Shown: piece after piece, positions 1 to 8,224 of the stretch
Layout of the letters: each line of letters starts with the position of its first letter
Numbering within the stretch: the stretch's first letter is position 1
Origin: Elusimicrobiota bacterium
GTDB taxonomy: Bacteria > Elusimicrobiota > Elusimicrobia > UBA1565
DNA: 20,645 bases
Direction of reading: 5' to 3'
Assembly: GCA_043819795.1 (NCBI GenBank)
Contig: JBDREN010000067.1
Coordinates: 1 to 20,645, forward strand
Position numbers and translations under genes: made by a program
Notes under the pieces: generated by a model
Databases searched by the model: none
The model's input: the letters and a program-made list of their open reading frames with translations, nothing else
What the model was told of the DNA's origin: nothing

Positions 1-123
1 GCCCTGCGTCACGGCGTAGGCGTCGTCCAAGGCCAAAGGAGGATTGTTCGCGGATGAGGCCTGTCCCGCGCCAATGGCTGCCAGCAGCGATCCGAACACG
101 GCCACCGCGGATATTCTTTTCAT
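1..123 (-). CDS. 5' end of a secreted protein with an Ig-like/cadherin-like (Big_9 / tandem-95-type) repeat; truncated by the window edge
   Basis: Manual translation from ATG at 123: MKRISAVAVFGSLLAAIGAGQASSANNPPLALDDAYAVTQG, open to position 1. Sec signal peptide (MKR, hydrophobic core, ending SSA) followed by N-x-x-P-x-A-x-DD-x-Y, the typical start of Big_9/cadherin-like domains. GGAGG RBS at 132-136 (minus). Confidence 0.8.
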   Translation of the reverse strand, partial: MKRISAVAVFGSLLAAIGAGQASSANNPPLALDDAYAVTQG

Positions 124-222
124 CGTTTCATCCTCCGGCAAAACAGCGTGGACAACTCATCCTCTTGCGCAGGACCCGGTTCGCACGGCCCGGCCCTGCC
201 GCTCCTGACCACCGCACTATCA

Positions 223-251
223 AGTATATGTCCGCACCGCTGACTTTTCAA
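223..251 (-). promoter_or_regulatory. sigma70-type promoter for the Ig-like protein gene
   Basis: Minus strand TTGAAA (251-246), 17-bp spacer, TATACT (228-223), in a locally AT-rich intergenic stretch about 100 nt upstream of the ATG at 123. Confidence 0.7.
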
Positions 252-312
252 GGACTACTCGCTGACATATATCATCGAAAAGCGATTATAACGACAGGCA
301 TAAAAATTTTTG

Positions 313-502
313 TCAGCGCGCGATGTGCCTCTCGCGGGCGTGCTGCGGGCGGCAGGCGCAGTAGTATGGAGGCGGAGTCCGATAAGCGTGCGCCGCGCCC
401 CAGACGCCGGCAAGGTCCCAAGCGGCCGATATGCCCCCTCCGCCCCTCGCGCTCGGAGTCGTACCAGCAGGTCCTGCAGTTGTCGGTTCCGCCGTTCGGC
501 AT
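313..502 (-). pseudogene. Probable decayed/frameshifted CxxC-containing gene (MPNGGTDNCRTCWY...)
   Basis: ATG at 502 preceded by purine-rich GGAAGGGG. The N-terminus MPNGGTDNCRTCWYD resembles a conserved bacterial hypothetical start (MPNGGSDCCGTCWFN, recalled from memory). A Cys-bearing segment YYCACRPQH appears in an adjacent frame that stops at 313. Confidence 0.35.
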
Positions 503-571
503 CGCGCCCCTTCCACCCTTCCGCCGCGAATAATGAAGGATGGTGAATTTATGCTAACCTGGAAGGCGTCT

Positions 572-1477
572 ATGCGCGCCAACCGCCTCAGCCACACCGC
601 GGTCAAGATCGCGAAGGGCATGGTCTACCTGGGCCGAGACCCGGAGACCGCGAGGTTTCTGCCCCGCGGCGCGGCCGAGTGCAGCGAGAAGCTGCTCACA
701 CACGCCGGGCTCATGAAGAGCTGGGAGAAGTCTCTTTACCGCGCGCCGTGGTTCCGCGGCTTCATGGGGTTCATGGAGCGGCGCATGATGCACGGCCCCC
801 TGATATTCAGCCTGCGCAAACGCTTCATCGAGGACGAGACCCGCGACGCCATCTCCAAAGGCGCGACCCAGGTCCTGTCGGTGGGGGCGGGCCTCGACAC
901 GCTCTGCGTGCGCCTCTCGGCCGAGTTCCCGGAAGTGACGTTCGTCGAGGCGGACCATCCGGCCACGCACGCCGTCAAGCGCCCGGCGGTCGAGGCCATG
1001 GGCGCGACGCGAGCCAACCTCCACATGCTGGGCGTGGACCTGGCCTCCACGACGCTGCGCGCGGCCCTGTCCCCCTCCGGCCTTTGGAAGACGGACGCCC
1101 GCGGCGTGATCGTGGCCGAGGGCGTGCTCATGTACCTCCAGGAAGCCGCCGTGAGCTCGTTATTGGAGGACGCCCGGCATTCCGTGGGAGCCGGCAGCCG
1201 GCTTCTCTTCACTTATCTAAAGAAAGACGCGGCCGGGCGCATCCGCGTGGGCAGGCTAGGTTTCCTCATGCGGGCTTCCCTTCGGGTCATCGGAGAGGCG
1301 CTGAATTGGGGGGTCCGGGACCGGGACGAGTTGAGGAAGCTGCTGGAGCTCCGCGGCTGGCGCCTGGATCGGGACGCGGAGCGCTGCGACCTGGGCCGCC
1401 GCTATCTAATCTCCCCCGAGCCCCGCATCTCGACGCGGGAGATCGAGTTCATGGGCATGGCCGAAGCGATCGACTGA
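572..1477 (+). CDS. Class I SAM-dependent methyltransferase, LCM (leucine carboxyl methyltransferase)/ML2640-like family
   Basis: Motifs RKRFIED, QVLSVGAGLDT (SAM motif I), FVEADHP, VDL and IVAEGVLMYL are typical of this family. Start placed at ATG 572 because GGAAGG lies at 561-566; ATGs at 533 and 551 are alternatives. Confidence 0.88.
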   Translation: MRANRLSHTAVKIAKGMVYLGRDPETARFLPRGAAECSEKLLTHAGLMKSWEKSLYRAPWFRGFMGFMERRMMHGPLIFSLRKRFIEDETRDAISKGATQVLSVGAGLDTLCVRLSAEFPEVTFVEADHPATHAVKRPAVEAMGATRANLHMLGVDLASTTLRAALSPSGLWKTDARGVIVAEGVLMYLQEAAVSSLLEDARHSVGAGSRLLFTYLKKDAAGRIRVGRLGFLMRASLRVIGEALNWGVRDRDELRKLLELRGWRLDRDAERCDLGRRYLISPEPRISTREIEFMGMAEAID

Positions 1478-1481
1478 CGCC

Positions 1482-4403
1482 CTACTTCTTTCCCAGATAG
1501 CCGATGACGGTCTTGACCACGGCCCGCATGACCTCGGGAAGGTCCTCGGTGATGGAGTCGAACACCTCGCGCTCGATGAACAGGAGCGTCCCGCTGGAGC
1601 CGGCCACGGCGTCCCCCGTGCGGGCCGAGCCGTCGAGCAGGCCCACCTCCCCGAAGAAATCGCATTCCTTCAGCTCGGTGATCACCTGCCCGTCGTGCTG
1701 GATCTTCACGGTCCCCGAAGCCACGATGTAGAGACCGTCGGGGGCGCTGCCCTTCGCGAAGATCCGCTCTCCCTCGGCCATGTCCCTGAGCTCGCTCTCC
1801 TCGGCGACGGTCAGAAGGGTCTCGCCCGGCAGGCTCTCGAAGAGCCTCACTTTCCTCAGGAGCATGACTTTCTGCGTGTCGTCCATGGCCCCTCCTCCAT
1901 ACTCGCGGCATTCGGCGTCCACAAAACCCTTCAACCACGGGTCGTCCAGATCCTTCAGCCGCGCGAGCGGGTCCCCGTCTTGCCCCGCGGGGGCGGCCGC
2001 CTCCAGAGCGCTCAGCGAGTCCTTCAGGCTCCCGTTCGCGGCCAGGGAGTCCAGAAGCTCGATCGCGGTGGCGCGCCGCGCCGAGGCCGCCTGGGAATCG
2101 TCCCGGGACAGGAGCGCGGGCATCGCGTCGAGCACGTCGGCGGGCTGGGTGCAGACCGCGAACCAATGAAGCAGCCTCGTCTTGGCCAGGATCCGCCTCG
2201 CCGATATCTCCGCGCCCACGTGCTCCGGCAGCGAGCCCGCGGCGCCGGCCGAGCCCAGGACGCCGAGGATCCGCGCCTCCTCGCCGACAAAAAGACGGGC
2301 GCTCTCCCGGAAGGCCGCCGTGACCGGCTGGCGGCGGGCGCGCAACGCGGATTCCTTCGCCGCCACGGTGCGTGTGATCACTCTGTCGCAACGGGCGGCC
2401 TCGCCGAGCGCGTCTTCGGCCTCCGCGCCGGGTATCAGGGCCAAGGAGCGCAGAGCCATGCGGACTTCGTTCCTCTTGCCCCGCCTCACGGTCTCCAGCA
2501 GGTGCGGGATCGCGGGCGCGCCCATCTCCGCCAAGGCGCGGCTCGCGTAGCGGGAAACCCTGCGGCGGCCCAGCTTGGCGGCAAGCTCCCCGGCCAGCCC
2601 GGTCGCTTGGCGGTACCCGGCGGCCCGCACGGCCGTGATGCAGACGTCGTCGTCCGGGTCATCGAGCAGGGCGGCCAGCTCCTTCTCGGGCTTGCCGGCC
2701 TTGAGAGAGCTCAATACGCGCGCCGCTCCCCTGCGCATGCCCGCGTCGCCGCTCCGGATCATGCTCTTGAGCATCCCTCCCGCCTCCAGCAAGGCGTCCA
2801 AGTCCCCGGCCTCGACGAGGACCAGGATCGCCCCGGCCCGGACGTCCGGGCTGGAGCTTCCCAGCAGCTTCTTGGCGTCAGGGACCGCCGAGTCTGGATC
2901 CAGGACGGAGAGCGCTTCCAATATCCTCCAGAGTACCTCGGGATCGCGCTCCCCCTTGAGCTTTCCAGCCAGCGGAACGACGGCATCCTTGTCGCCCAGA
3001 TCGCCCACGGCCTTAGCCACAGCCGCCCGGATGTCGGCGGCGTCCGAATCCAGAAGCCGGAGGGCCTCCGGCGGAAGCTTCTCGAGCTCGAGGTTCTTGA
3101 GCAAGCCCAGCCCGAACCGGACGGCATCCGGATCCTTCTGCCCGAGAGCATGCAGCGCGACCGCGCGCGCGGACTCCAAGGCGGACTCCATGGTCTCCTC
3201 GGCCGCCGCCCCGAAGCGTCTCGTCCGGACCGCCTCCTCGAGCGCGGCCTGATAATTCTTGGTCGTCTTCCTGCCCAGGACGAGCCACACCGCGCAGACC
3301 GCGACCGAAATCAGCCCGATGCCGCGCAGGCCGATGTGTCCCGCGACAAGCCACAGAAGAATCGCGCCCACGCCCGTTCCCACGGGAGTGGCGACGCCTT
3401 TGAGGAAGAGCTTGCCGGCCCTGCGGATCTGGCCGGGCAAGGGGTTGGCGGCTATTTCGCGTCCGACGTTGTCCACGCTGTAGCGGAAGACGATCTCGCC
3501 CATCCGGAAGAAGGCGGCCATCCACAATCCCGGGTGGGCCGCCAGCCCGACGTTGGCGAGAAGGCAGAAACCGGGAACGACCGCGAGCAGCCCCGCGATC
3601 CCGAAGGACCTCAGCAGGATATTGGTCCCCGCGAACTGGACGACGAGGGTGAGGGCGTTGGATATCCCGTAGAAGGGCCCCATGAACGTCCCGATGCCCT
3701 CCTTGCTGAAGGCGGCGCCCACCTCGGACTTGATGGCGTAGTCCGCGAAGGTGTCCACCACCATCAGCAGCAAGACGCCTATGGCCAGATTCCTGAACAA
3801 CGGGTACTTCAAGGCCGACCCGCCTTTCTTGGACTTCTTGGCGCCCACGCCAAGGGGCTTGAGCCCCAGCACCAGCGCGGCCGAGAGGCCGATGAGCCCC
3901 GTCAACAGATACAGGAGCGCCTCGGCCTTGAACGAGGAAAGGAGCACGGGGACCGCAAGGCCCACGACCAGCCCGCCGAGGCTCCCGCCGGCGCTTATCC
4001 ATCTCACGTTCTGCTTGAACTGCCTGGTATCGAAGGCGTCGCCCACGGCGTTCCACGAGATCACGCCCAGCAGCACAGAGAGCGCCGCCAGCCATAAGGT
4101 CAGCGCGAACGGGAACCCGGTTATGCCGTAGGGCAGCAGGAAGCGGGAGGCCGCGACGCTCAAGGCCGTGGCGACGAGTATCACGCAGTTGTTGATGTGA
4201 GAGCCCTTGGACAACAAGGGCGTGACGCCGAAGGTCAGAAGCAGGATGACGGCCGTCTGCCCCATGAAGAAGTAGGGGAGCCAGGCATTGGGATAGGTCG
4301 AGAGGAACAGGAGGTCCACATAGGTCCGGGCGAGCACGACCCCGGCCACCGCGAAGAAATGCAGGCCGGCCGCCGTCCAGACCCTGCGCGAGTCTTTTCC
4401 CAT
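1482..4403 (-). CDS. Npt1/Npt2 (TLC ATP/ADP-translocase-like) MFS membrane domain + HEAT repeats + C-terminal cyclic-nucleotide-binding domain, 973 aa
   Basis: The credible part of the 1617-aa ORF begins at MGKDSRRVW (ATG 4403). About 12 hydrophobic segments with LFLSTYPNAWLPY, WNAVGDAFDTRQFKQ and FRYSVD, then HEAT-like repeats (LLDSDAADIRAAVAKAVG, LLDDPDDDVCITAVRAAG), then a cNMP domain (LRKVRLFESL...IFAKG...LYIVASGTV...FFGEVGLLDGSARTGDAVA). Confidence 0.85.
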   Translation of the reverse strand: MGKDSRRVWTAAGLHFFAVAGVVLARTYVDLLFLSTYPNAWLPYFFMGQTAVILLLTFGVTPLLSKGSHINNCVILVATALSVAASRFLLPYGITGFPFALTLWLAALSVLLGVISWNAVGDAFDTRQFKQNVRWISAGGSLGGLVVGLAVPVLLSSFKAEALLYLLTGLIGLSAALVLGLKPLGVGAKKSKKGGSALKYPLFRNLAIGVLLLMVVDTFADYAIKSEVGAAFSKEGIGTFMGPFYGISNALTLVVQFAGTNILLRSFGIAGLLAVVPGFCLLANVGLAAHPGLWMAAFFRMGEIVFRYSVDNVGREIAANPLPGQIRRAGKLFLKGVATPVGTGVGAILLWLVAGHIGLRGIGLISVAVCAVWLVLGRKTTKNYQAALEEAVRTRRFGAAAEETMESALESARAVALHALGQKDPDAVRFGLGLLKNLELEKLPPEALRLLDSDAADIRAAVAKAVGDLGDKDAVVPLAGKLKGERDPEVLWRILEALSVLDPDSAVPDAKKLLGSSSPDVRAGAILVLVEAGDLDALLEAGGMLKSMIRSGDAGMRRGAARVLSSLKAGKPEKELAALLDDPDDDVCITAVRAAGYRQATGLAGELAAKLGRRRVSRYASRALAEMGAPAIPHLLETVRRGKRNEVRMALRSLALIPGAEAEDALGEAARCDRVITRTVAAKESALRARRQPVTAAFRESARLFVGEEARILGVLGSAGAAGSLPEHVGAEISARRILAKTRLLHWFAVCTQPADVLDAMPALLSRDDSQAASARRATAIELLDSLAANGSLKDSLSALEAAAPAGQDGDPLARLKDLDDPWLKGFVDAECREYGGGAMDDTQKVMLLRKVRLFESLPGETLLTVAEESELRDMAEGERIFAKGSAPDGLYIVASGTVKIQHDGQVITELKECDFFGEVGLLDGSARTGDAVAGSSGTLLFIEREVFDSITEDLPEVMRAVVKTVIGYLGKK

Positions 4404-4441
4404 ATCCGCGGAAGATATTAACGCATTTGGGAGCGCTCCGC

Positions 4442-6385
4442 CTACAGCGCGAAGAGCGCCAGCCCGTCCTCCCGCAGCACCGGCCGGGCGTGCCGCTCGA
4501 GCACGCCCTCCATCAGCTCGAGCGTGTGCGCGTCGTAATAGCCCGGGGTGAGCCGGTACATGGCGAGCCTCTCGTTGACGAGCACGTGCGACACGTCCAG
4601 CTCCCCCAGGAGGTCCCAGAGCTCGTCGGGATCCGGGATATCCTTGTAGACGATCATGCCCTGGTTGAGCGGGTCCCCCCACTGGTAGTCCGCGTCGAGG
4701 TGATAGCCGCGGATCTCCCGAAAGAGGAGCACCTTGTCTTTGGGCCCGAGACGCCGGGACGCCTCGCGGAAGAACCGGTAATGGTCCAGGCTCCGCTCGA
4801 GATAGAGCGCCCTGGGGTCGCGGCCCGGCTCCGAGAGCGACCGCAAGCCCAGGACCGGGAAGAGCTGGTTGTTCTGCGAGACCGTGGTCGCCGGATACAG
4901 GCCGAAGGCGATCAGGAGGATCGCCGCGGCCTTGAAGGCGCGGTTCGCCTCGACGAGGCGGGCGGCGGACCAGGCCGCGCTCAAAGCAAGGGCGGGGAAG
5001 AACGGAAGGAAGTAGCGCCACCCCTCGTTGTGCCGGAAGACGAGCGGCGCGAACAGCGCGGCCTGCACGAGCAGGAAACGCAGGAAGGGCGGCGGAAGCG
5101 CCCGGCGGAACGCGGCGAGCGCGACCAGGATAGCGGCCGGCGCGAGAAGGTATTGCGGGGCGTAGCGCAGGAGCACGGCCGGATCCGGCGGCCAGCTCCA
5201 GTGGCCAGTGCGAAGATGCGCGGCCGCGATCTCGGAAGCGCCCCACTTCCCGCCGAAGATCCCGGAGAGGAAAGGCCACACCGGGTTTCCCGCCCCGATC
5301 CAGGACTTGAGATACCACGGAAGGACGACGCCCCCGGCGCAGAGGAGGAAGACCGCCGGAGCCCACCGGTCCGCGGCCTTCGCGCGCGCCGCCCGGAGAT
5401 AGGCCCATCCCGCCAGGACGAGCACCGGGGTTAGGCCGAGCAGCTTCGCCGAGGCCGCGAAACCCCCGAGCAGGCCGGCCAGGACCATCCACGCCCGCCG
5501 CCCGGTCTTGGCCCACCGCCACACGGCGCAGGCGCAGAGGAAATAGAACAGCGCGAGCGCGCCGTCGGAATGGGCGGTTCCCGCCAGGCGAAGGAGCACG
5601 GGCTGGGCGGCGAGCAGAGCGGCGCCGGTCCAGGCCGTGGACGCGTCGAGCTCGGAGCGCGCGGCCGCGAACACCGCCAGCACCAAGGCCCCGCAGGCTC
5701 CCGCGTGCAAAAGCGCCGCGGCGTTGTCCTTGCCCCACGCCAGCGCGGCGCCGTAGAGCGTCTCCATGAGGTGGGGCCAATGGCTGTGCAGGAGCCAGGG
5801 GACCTCCCGCACGGCCCCCGTCCGCAGGTAGAGCTTGGGCAAAGCCAGATGGTACGCCAGCACGTCCCACTGCGTGACCGGCGCGAGCGCGTGGACGGCG
5901 GCGTGCCACGCGGCGTACGCCATAAGCCCCGCGAGAAGGGCCTTCCAGAAAGGGAGCGGCCTGCCCCAACGCGGTCTCCAGCCGCCCGCAAGGAGCGGCC
6001 TCCGGAGCTCCGGCGCGGCGAGCGCGGCGAACGCCGCGCCCGCGACGAGCATGACCCAGCCGCGGTAGGCCCCGATAAGCCCGAGGATAAAGACGCCCGT
6101 CGCGGCCGCGCCGAGCCCCAGGCCGAAAGCCATGCACGCGCGCAGCACGCCCGGAGGCTCCTGCGGCCCGTCCGAGCGGGGACCCAAGTCCATCCAGGCC
6201 ATCATGCGGGTCCCCGCGCCCCACATGAGAGCAAGAAGGAATACGGCCCCCAAGAGCGGCAGGAGCGTGTCGGCGGCGATCGTCGCGAAAGAGCGCCAGG
6301 TGACGGCCGCGGGCCACCGGAGCACGTAGCCCCATATCCCGAGATTGCGCGCGGCCAGCAGGAAGAAAAAGAGCAGGGAGCTCAC
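4442..6385 (-). CDS. Polytopic membrane protein, GT-C fold glycosyltransferase (GT39/ArnT-like), 647 aa
   Basis: GTG start at 6385 overlaps the upstream TGA (GTGA, 6382-6385). Many TM segments; motifs WDVLAYHLALPKLYL, GFAASAK, PWYLKSWIGAGNPVWPF and WRYFLP; C-terminal soluble domain (KVLLFREIRGYHLD...LDVSHVLVN). Confidence 0.8.
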   Translation of the reverse strand: MSSLLFFFLLAARNLGIWGYVLRWPAAVTWRSFATIAADTLLPLLGAVFLLALMWGAGTRMMAWMDLGPRSDGPQEPPGVLRACMAFGLGLGAAATGVFILGLIGAYRGWVMLVAGAAFAALAAPELRRPLLAGGWRPRWGRPLPFWKALLAGLMAYAAWHAAVHALAPVTQWDVLAYHLALPKLYLRTGAVREVPWLLHSHWPHLMETLYGAALAWGKDNAAALLHAGACGALVLAVFAAARSELDASTAWTGAALLAAQPVLLRLAGTAHSDGALALFYFLCACAVWRWAKTGRRAWMVLAGLLGGFAASAKLLGLTPVLVLAGWAYLRAARAKAADRWAPAVFLLCAGGVVLPWYLKSWIGAGNPVWPFLSGIFGGKWGASEIAAAHLRTGHWSWPPDPAVLLRYAPQYLLAPAAILVALAAFRRALPPPFLRFLLVQAALFAPLVFRHNEGWRYFLPFFPALALSAAWSAARLVEANRAFKAAAILLIAFGLYPATTVSQNNQLFPVLGLRSLSEPGRDPRALYLERSLDHYRFFREASRRLGPKDKVLLFREIRGYHLDADYQWGDPLNQGMIVYKDIPDPDELWDLLGELDVSHVLVNERLAMYRLTPGYYDAHTLELMEGVLERHARPVLREDGLALFAL

Positions 6386-8061
6386 GGCCCGGCCGTCCCG
6401 GAGGACAGCAGGTAGGCGCGGCCTCTTTCCCAGGAGGCGAGGCTCGCGTCGCCCATGGCGGCGTAGACCTCGGCCAAGCGCCGGTGGGCGGGGGCGTCTC
6501 CGGTGATGTCGTAGACGAAGAGCCCGTGCCCGATGCGGCGGATCGGCCGCATGTCCTTGAGCCAGGCGAGGGTGTCGGGGCCGAAGTAGGCGCCCTGCAG
6601 GTTCGTGGCGCTCACCACGAGCCATTCCTTCTCCGGGCTCTGGGAATTTCGCAGCCGGCGCTGCTTGGAGTTGGTGGAGAGCACCTGCTGCGCCCGTATC
6701 CCGTGGTATTCGGGGGAGGCGGTCCCGAAGTAGGAGAGTACCACCTCGGGCTCTCCCTCCGAGCGATGGAACGCGGCGAGCGCCTTGAGCTCCTGTCCCC
6801 AATCGAGGTTGGAATCCACCAGGACCTTGTAGCCGCCGGCCGGGCCGCCCGCCAGGGGGTTGAAGTAAGCCAGGAAGTGCGGAGCGCAGGCGACCGCGGC
6901 CAGAAGCTGCCCGGCGCCCAGCAGGACGGCGGCCTGCTTGCCGTAACGGAAGCGCCGCGCCAAGGCGTCGGCCGAGACCGCCGCGAGAAGCGCCAGCATG
7001 GGGTAGACGAGCAGCACGTAGCGCACGCCGATCTGCTTGCGGCTGACCGAGGCCGCCGCGAGGTAGAGGAGGACCACCACCGCCGGCATCCAGGCCTTGG
7101 CGGAAAGGGCCGTCCGCTTTCGGACCAGCAGCCAGATCCCCCCGGCCGCCACGGCCAGCTCCGGCAGCGTGGACTTAAGCAGGAACGCCGCCGCGTAGTA
7201 CCATAGCCAGCCGCTCTTCGACACGCGCCCGAGGAGGAATGAGGGATGCTCCCCCGCCGTGACCTGCCACAGACGCGTCGCGACGCCCTCCCAGCCGCCC
7301 GGACAGAGCGCGAGGTAGGCGGCGGCCCCGGCCAGCCAGGGCAGGACTGCGTAGGCCGTGAAGCTCCGCAGCCGCGGCCTGCCTTCGATCTCCCCGGCCG
7401 CCCATGCCCTCAGGAAAAGCAGCACATAAGCGGGCCAGAGCAGGATAGCCGAATACTTGCAGAGGAAGGCCGCCAGGGACGCGGCCGCCACGCCCAGCGC
7501 CGCGCCGGGCTCCGGGCGCTCGAGGAACGACAGGCACGCCATCAGCCCGAGCACGGAGAAGAAGACCGCGAGAAAATCGTTGGTCGCCAGGGCCGCGTGC
7601 GCCAAGAGCGTCGGCGAGAAGCAGTAGAAGACAAGGCACAGGCCCGCCGGAAGCTCCCCCCAGGCGTGCCTTGCGAAGCGCCAAAGAAGCAGGCCGAGCA
7701 GGCCCGATAGCACGAGGCCCACCGAGCGCGCGCAAAGGAGGATGCGGTCGGCGTCGTTGCCGCTGAAGTAGAGCAGGCGCTCGCCGAAGGCGTAATGGTA
7801 CCCCCCGCGCCATTCTCGCGTGTCCCACGGGACGGTCAGCTTCTGGAAGAGGAGCGGGGCGGAGACCAGGAGCTTGGCCAACGCGGGATTGTCCTGGTCC
7901 ATGCGCGCGTCGCCGGACCTCCACAGGGAGGCGCCGGCCGCGATGTACATGGGCTCGTCGAAGGTGGCCGAATGTATGTTGATGTACCACTGCCCGAGGA
8001 TGAAGTGGCAGACGATGGCCCCGAGGACCCAGAGGCTCCTTTTCGCGCTCCGCGAGAGCAT
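6382..8061 (-). CDS. ArnT/PMT_2-like (GT39/GT83) membrane glycosyltransferase, 559 aa
   Basis: First TM followed by SATFDEPMYIAAG (acidic DE motif of the GT-C first external loop), NPALAK, FSPTLLAHAALATND, CKYS, KQIGVRYVL and DSNLDWGQ. Start at ATG 8061 (8076 is an alternative). Confidence 0.85.
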   Translation of the reverse strand: MLSRSAKRSLWVLGAIVCHFILGQWYINIHSATFDEPMYIAAGASLWRSGDARMDQDNPALAKLLVSAPLLFQKLTVPWDTREWRGGYHYAFGERLLYFSGNDADRILLCARSVGLVLSGLLGLLLWRFARHAWGELPAGLCLVFYCFSPTLLAHAALATNDFLAVFFSVLGLMACLSFLERPEPGAALGVAAASLAAFLCKYSAILLWPAYVLLFLRAWAAGEIEGRPRLRSFTAYAVLPWLAGAAAYLALCPGGWEGVATRLWQVTAGEHPSFLLGRVSKSGWLWYYAAAFLLKSTLPELAVAAGGIWLLVRKRTALSAKAWMPAVVVLLYLAAASVSRKQIGVRYVLLVYPMLALLAAVSADALARRFRYGKQAAVLLGAGQLLAAVACAPHFLAYFNPLAGGPAGGYKVLVDSNLDWGQELKALAAFHRSEGEPEVVLSYFGTASPEYHGIRAQQVLSTNSKQRRLRNSQSPEKEWLVVSATNLQGAYFGPDTLAWLKDMRPIRRIGHGLFVYDITGDAPAHRRLAEVYAAMGDASLASWERGRAYLLSSGTAGP

Positions 8062-8129
8062 ATCGGCCGGTAGCATACAATAAAAAAGCGGGGCTCCGTT
8101 CAGCGGCCGCTGGAAGTTCTGCGAAGCGC

Positions 8130-8167
8130 ATCCCGCGAAAGATTTCCGAGGAAATCTTTCGCGGGAT
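8130..8167. repeat. Perfect 18-bp inverted repeat with a 2-nt spacer
   Basis: ATCCCGCGAAAGATTTCC (8130-8147), GA, GGAAATCTTTCGCGGGAT (8150-8167), in the divergent intergenic region. Confidence 0.92.
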
Positions 8168-8224
8168 CCAAGACCGTCGGAAGGTTGGAGCGCCGATGTG
8201 TTATATAATTGTCGCCTGAACGCT

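Noticed and set aside
165..205. Resemblance of GTGCGAACCGGGTC (minus) to SRP RNA or a c-di-GMP riboswitch
   Set aside because: Lacks the SRP CAGG...GGAA...AGCAG core and the GCAAA/GAAA features of c-di-GMP-I riboswitches.
1695..4097. 800-aa plus-strand ORF
   Set aside because: Antisense shadow of the transporter gene, expected in high-GC DNA; no motifs.
4404..6335. N-terminal ~640 aa of the 1617-aa ORF (1482..6335)
   Set aside because: Arg/Gly/Pro-rich off-frame read of the GT-C gene at 4442..6385. Protein-like sequence starts only at MGKDSRR (4403), so this is not a giant fusion.
6382..8061. Assigning the symbol arnT or pmt to any of the GT-C genes
   Set aside because: The fold class is supported but donor and acceptor are not, and no arn operon context is present.
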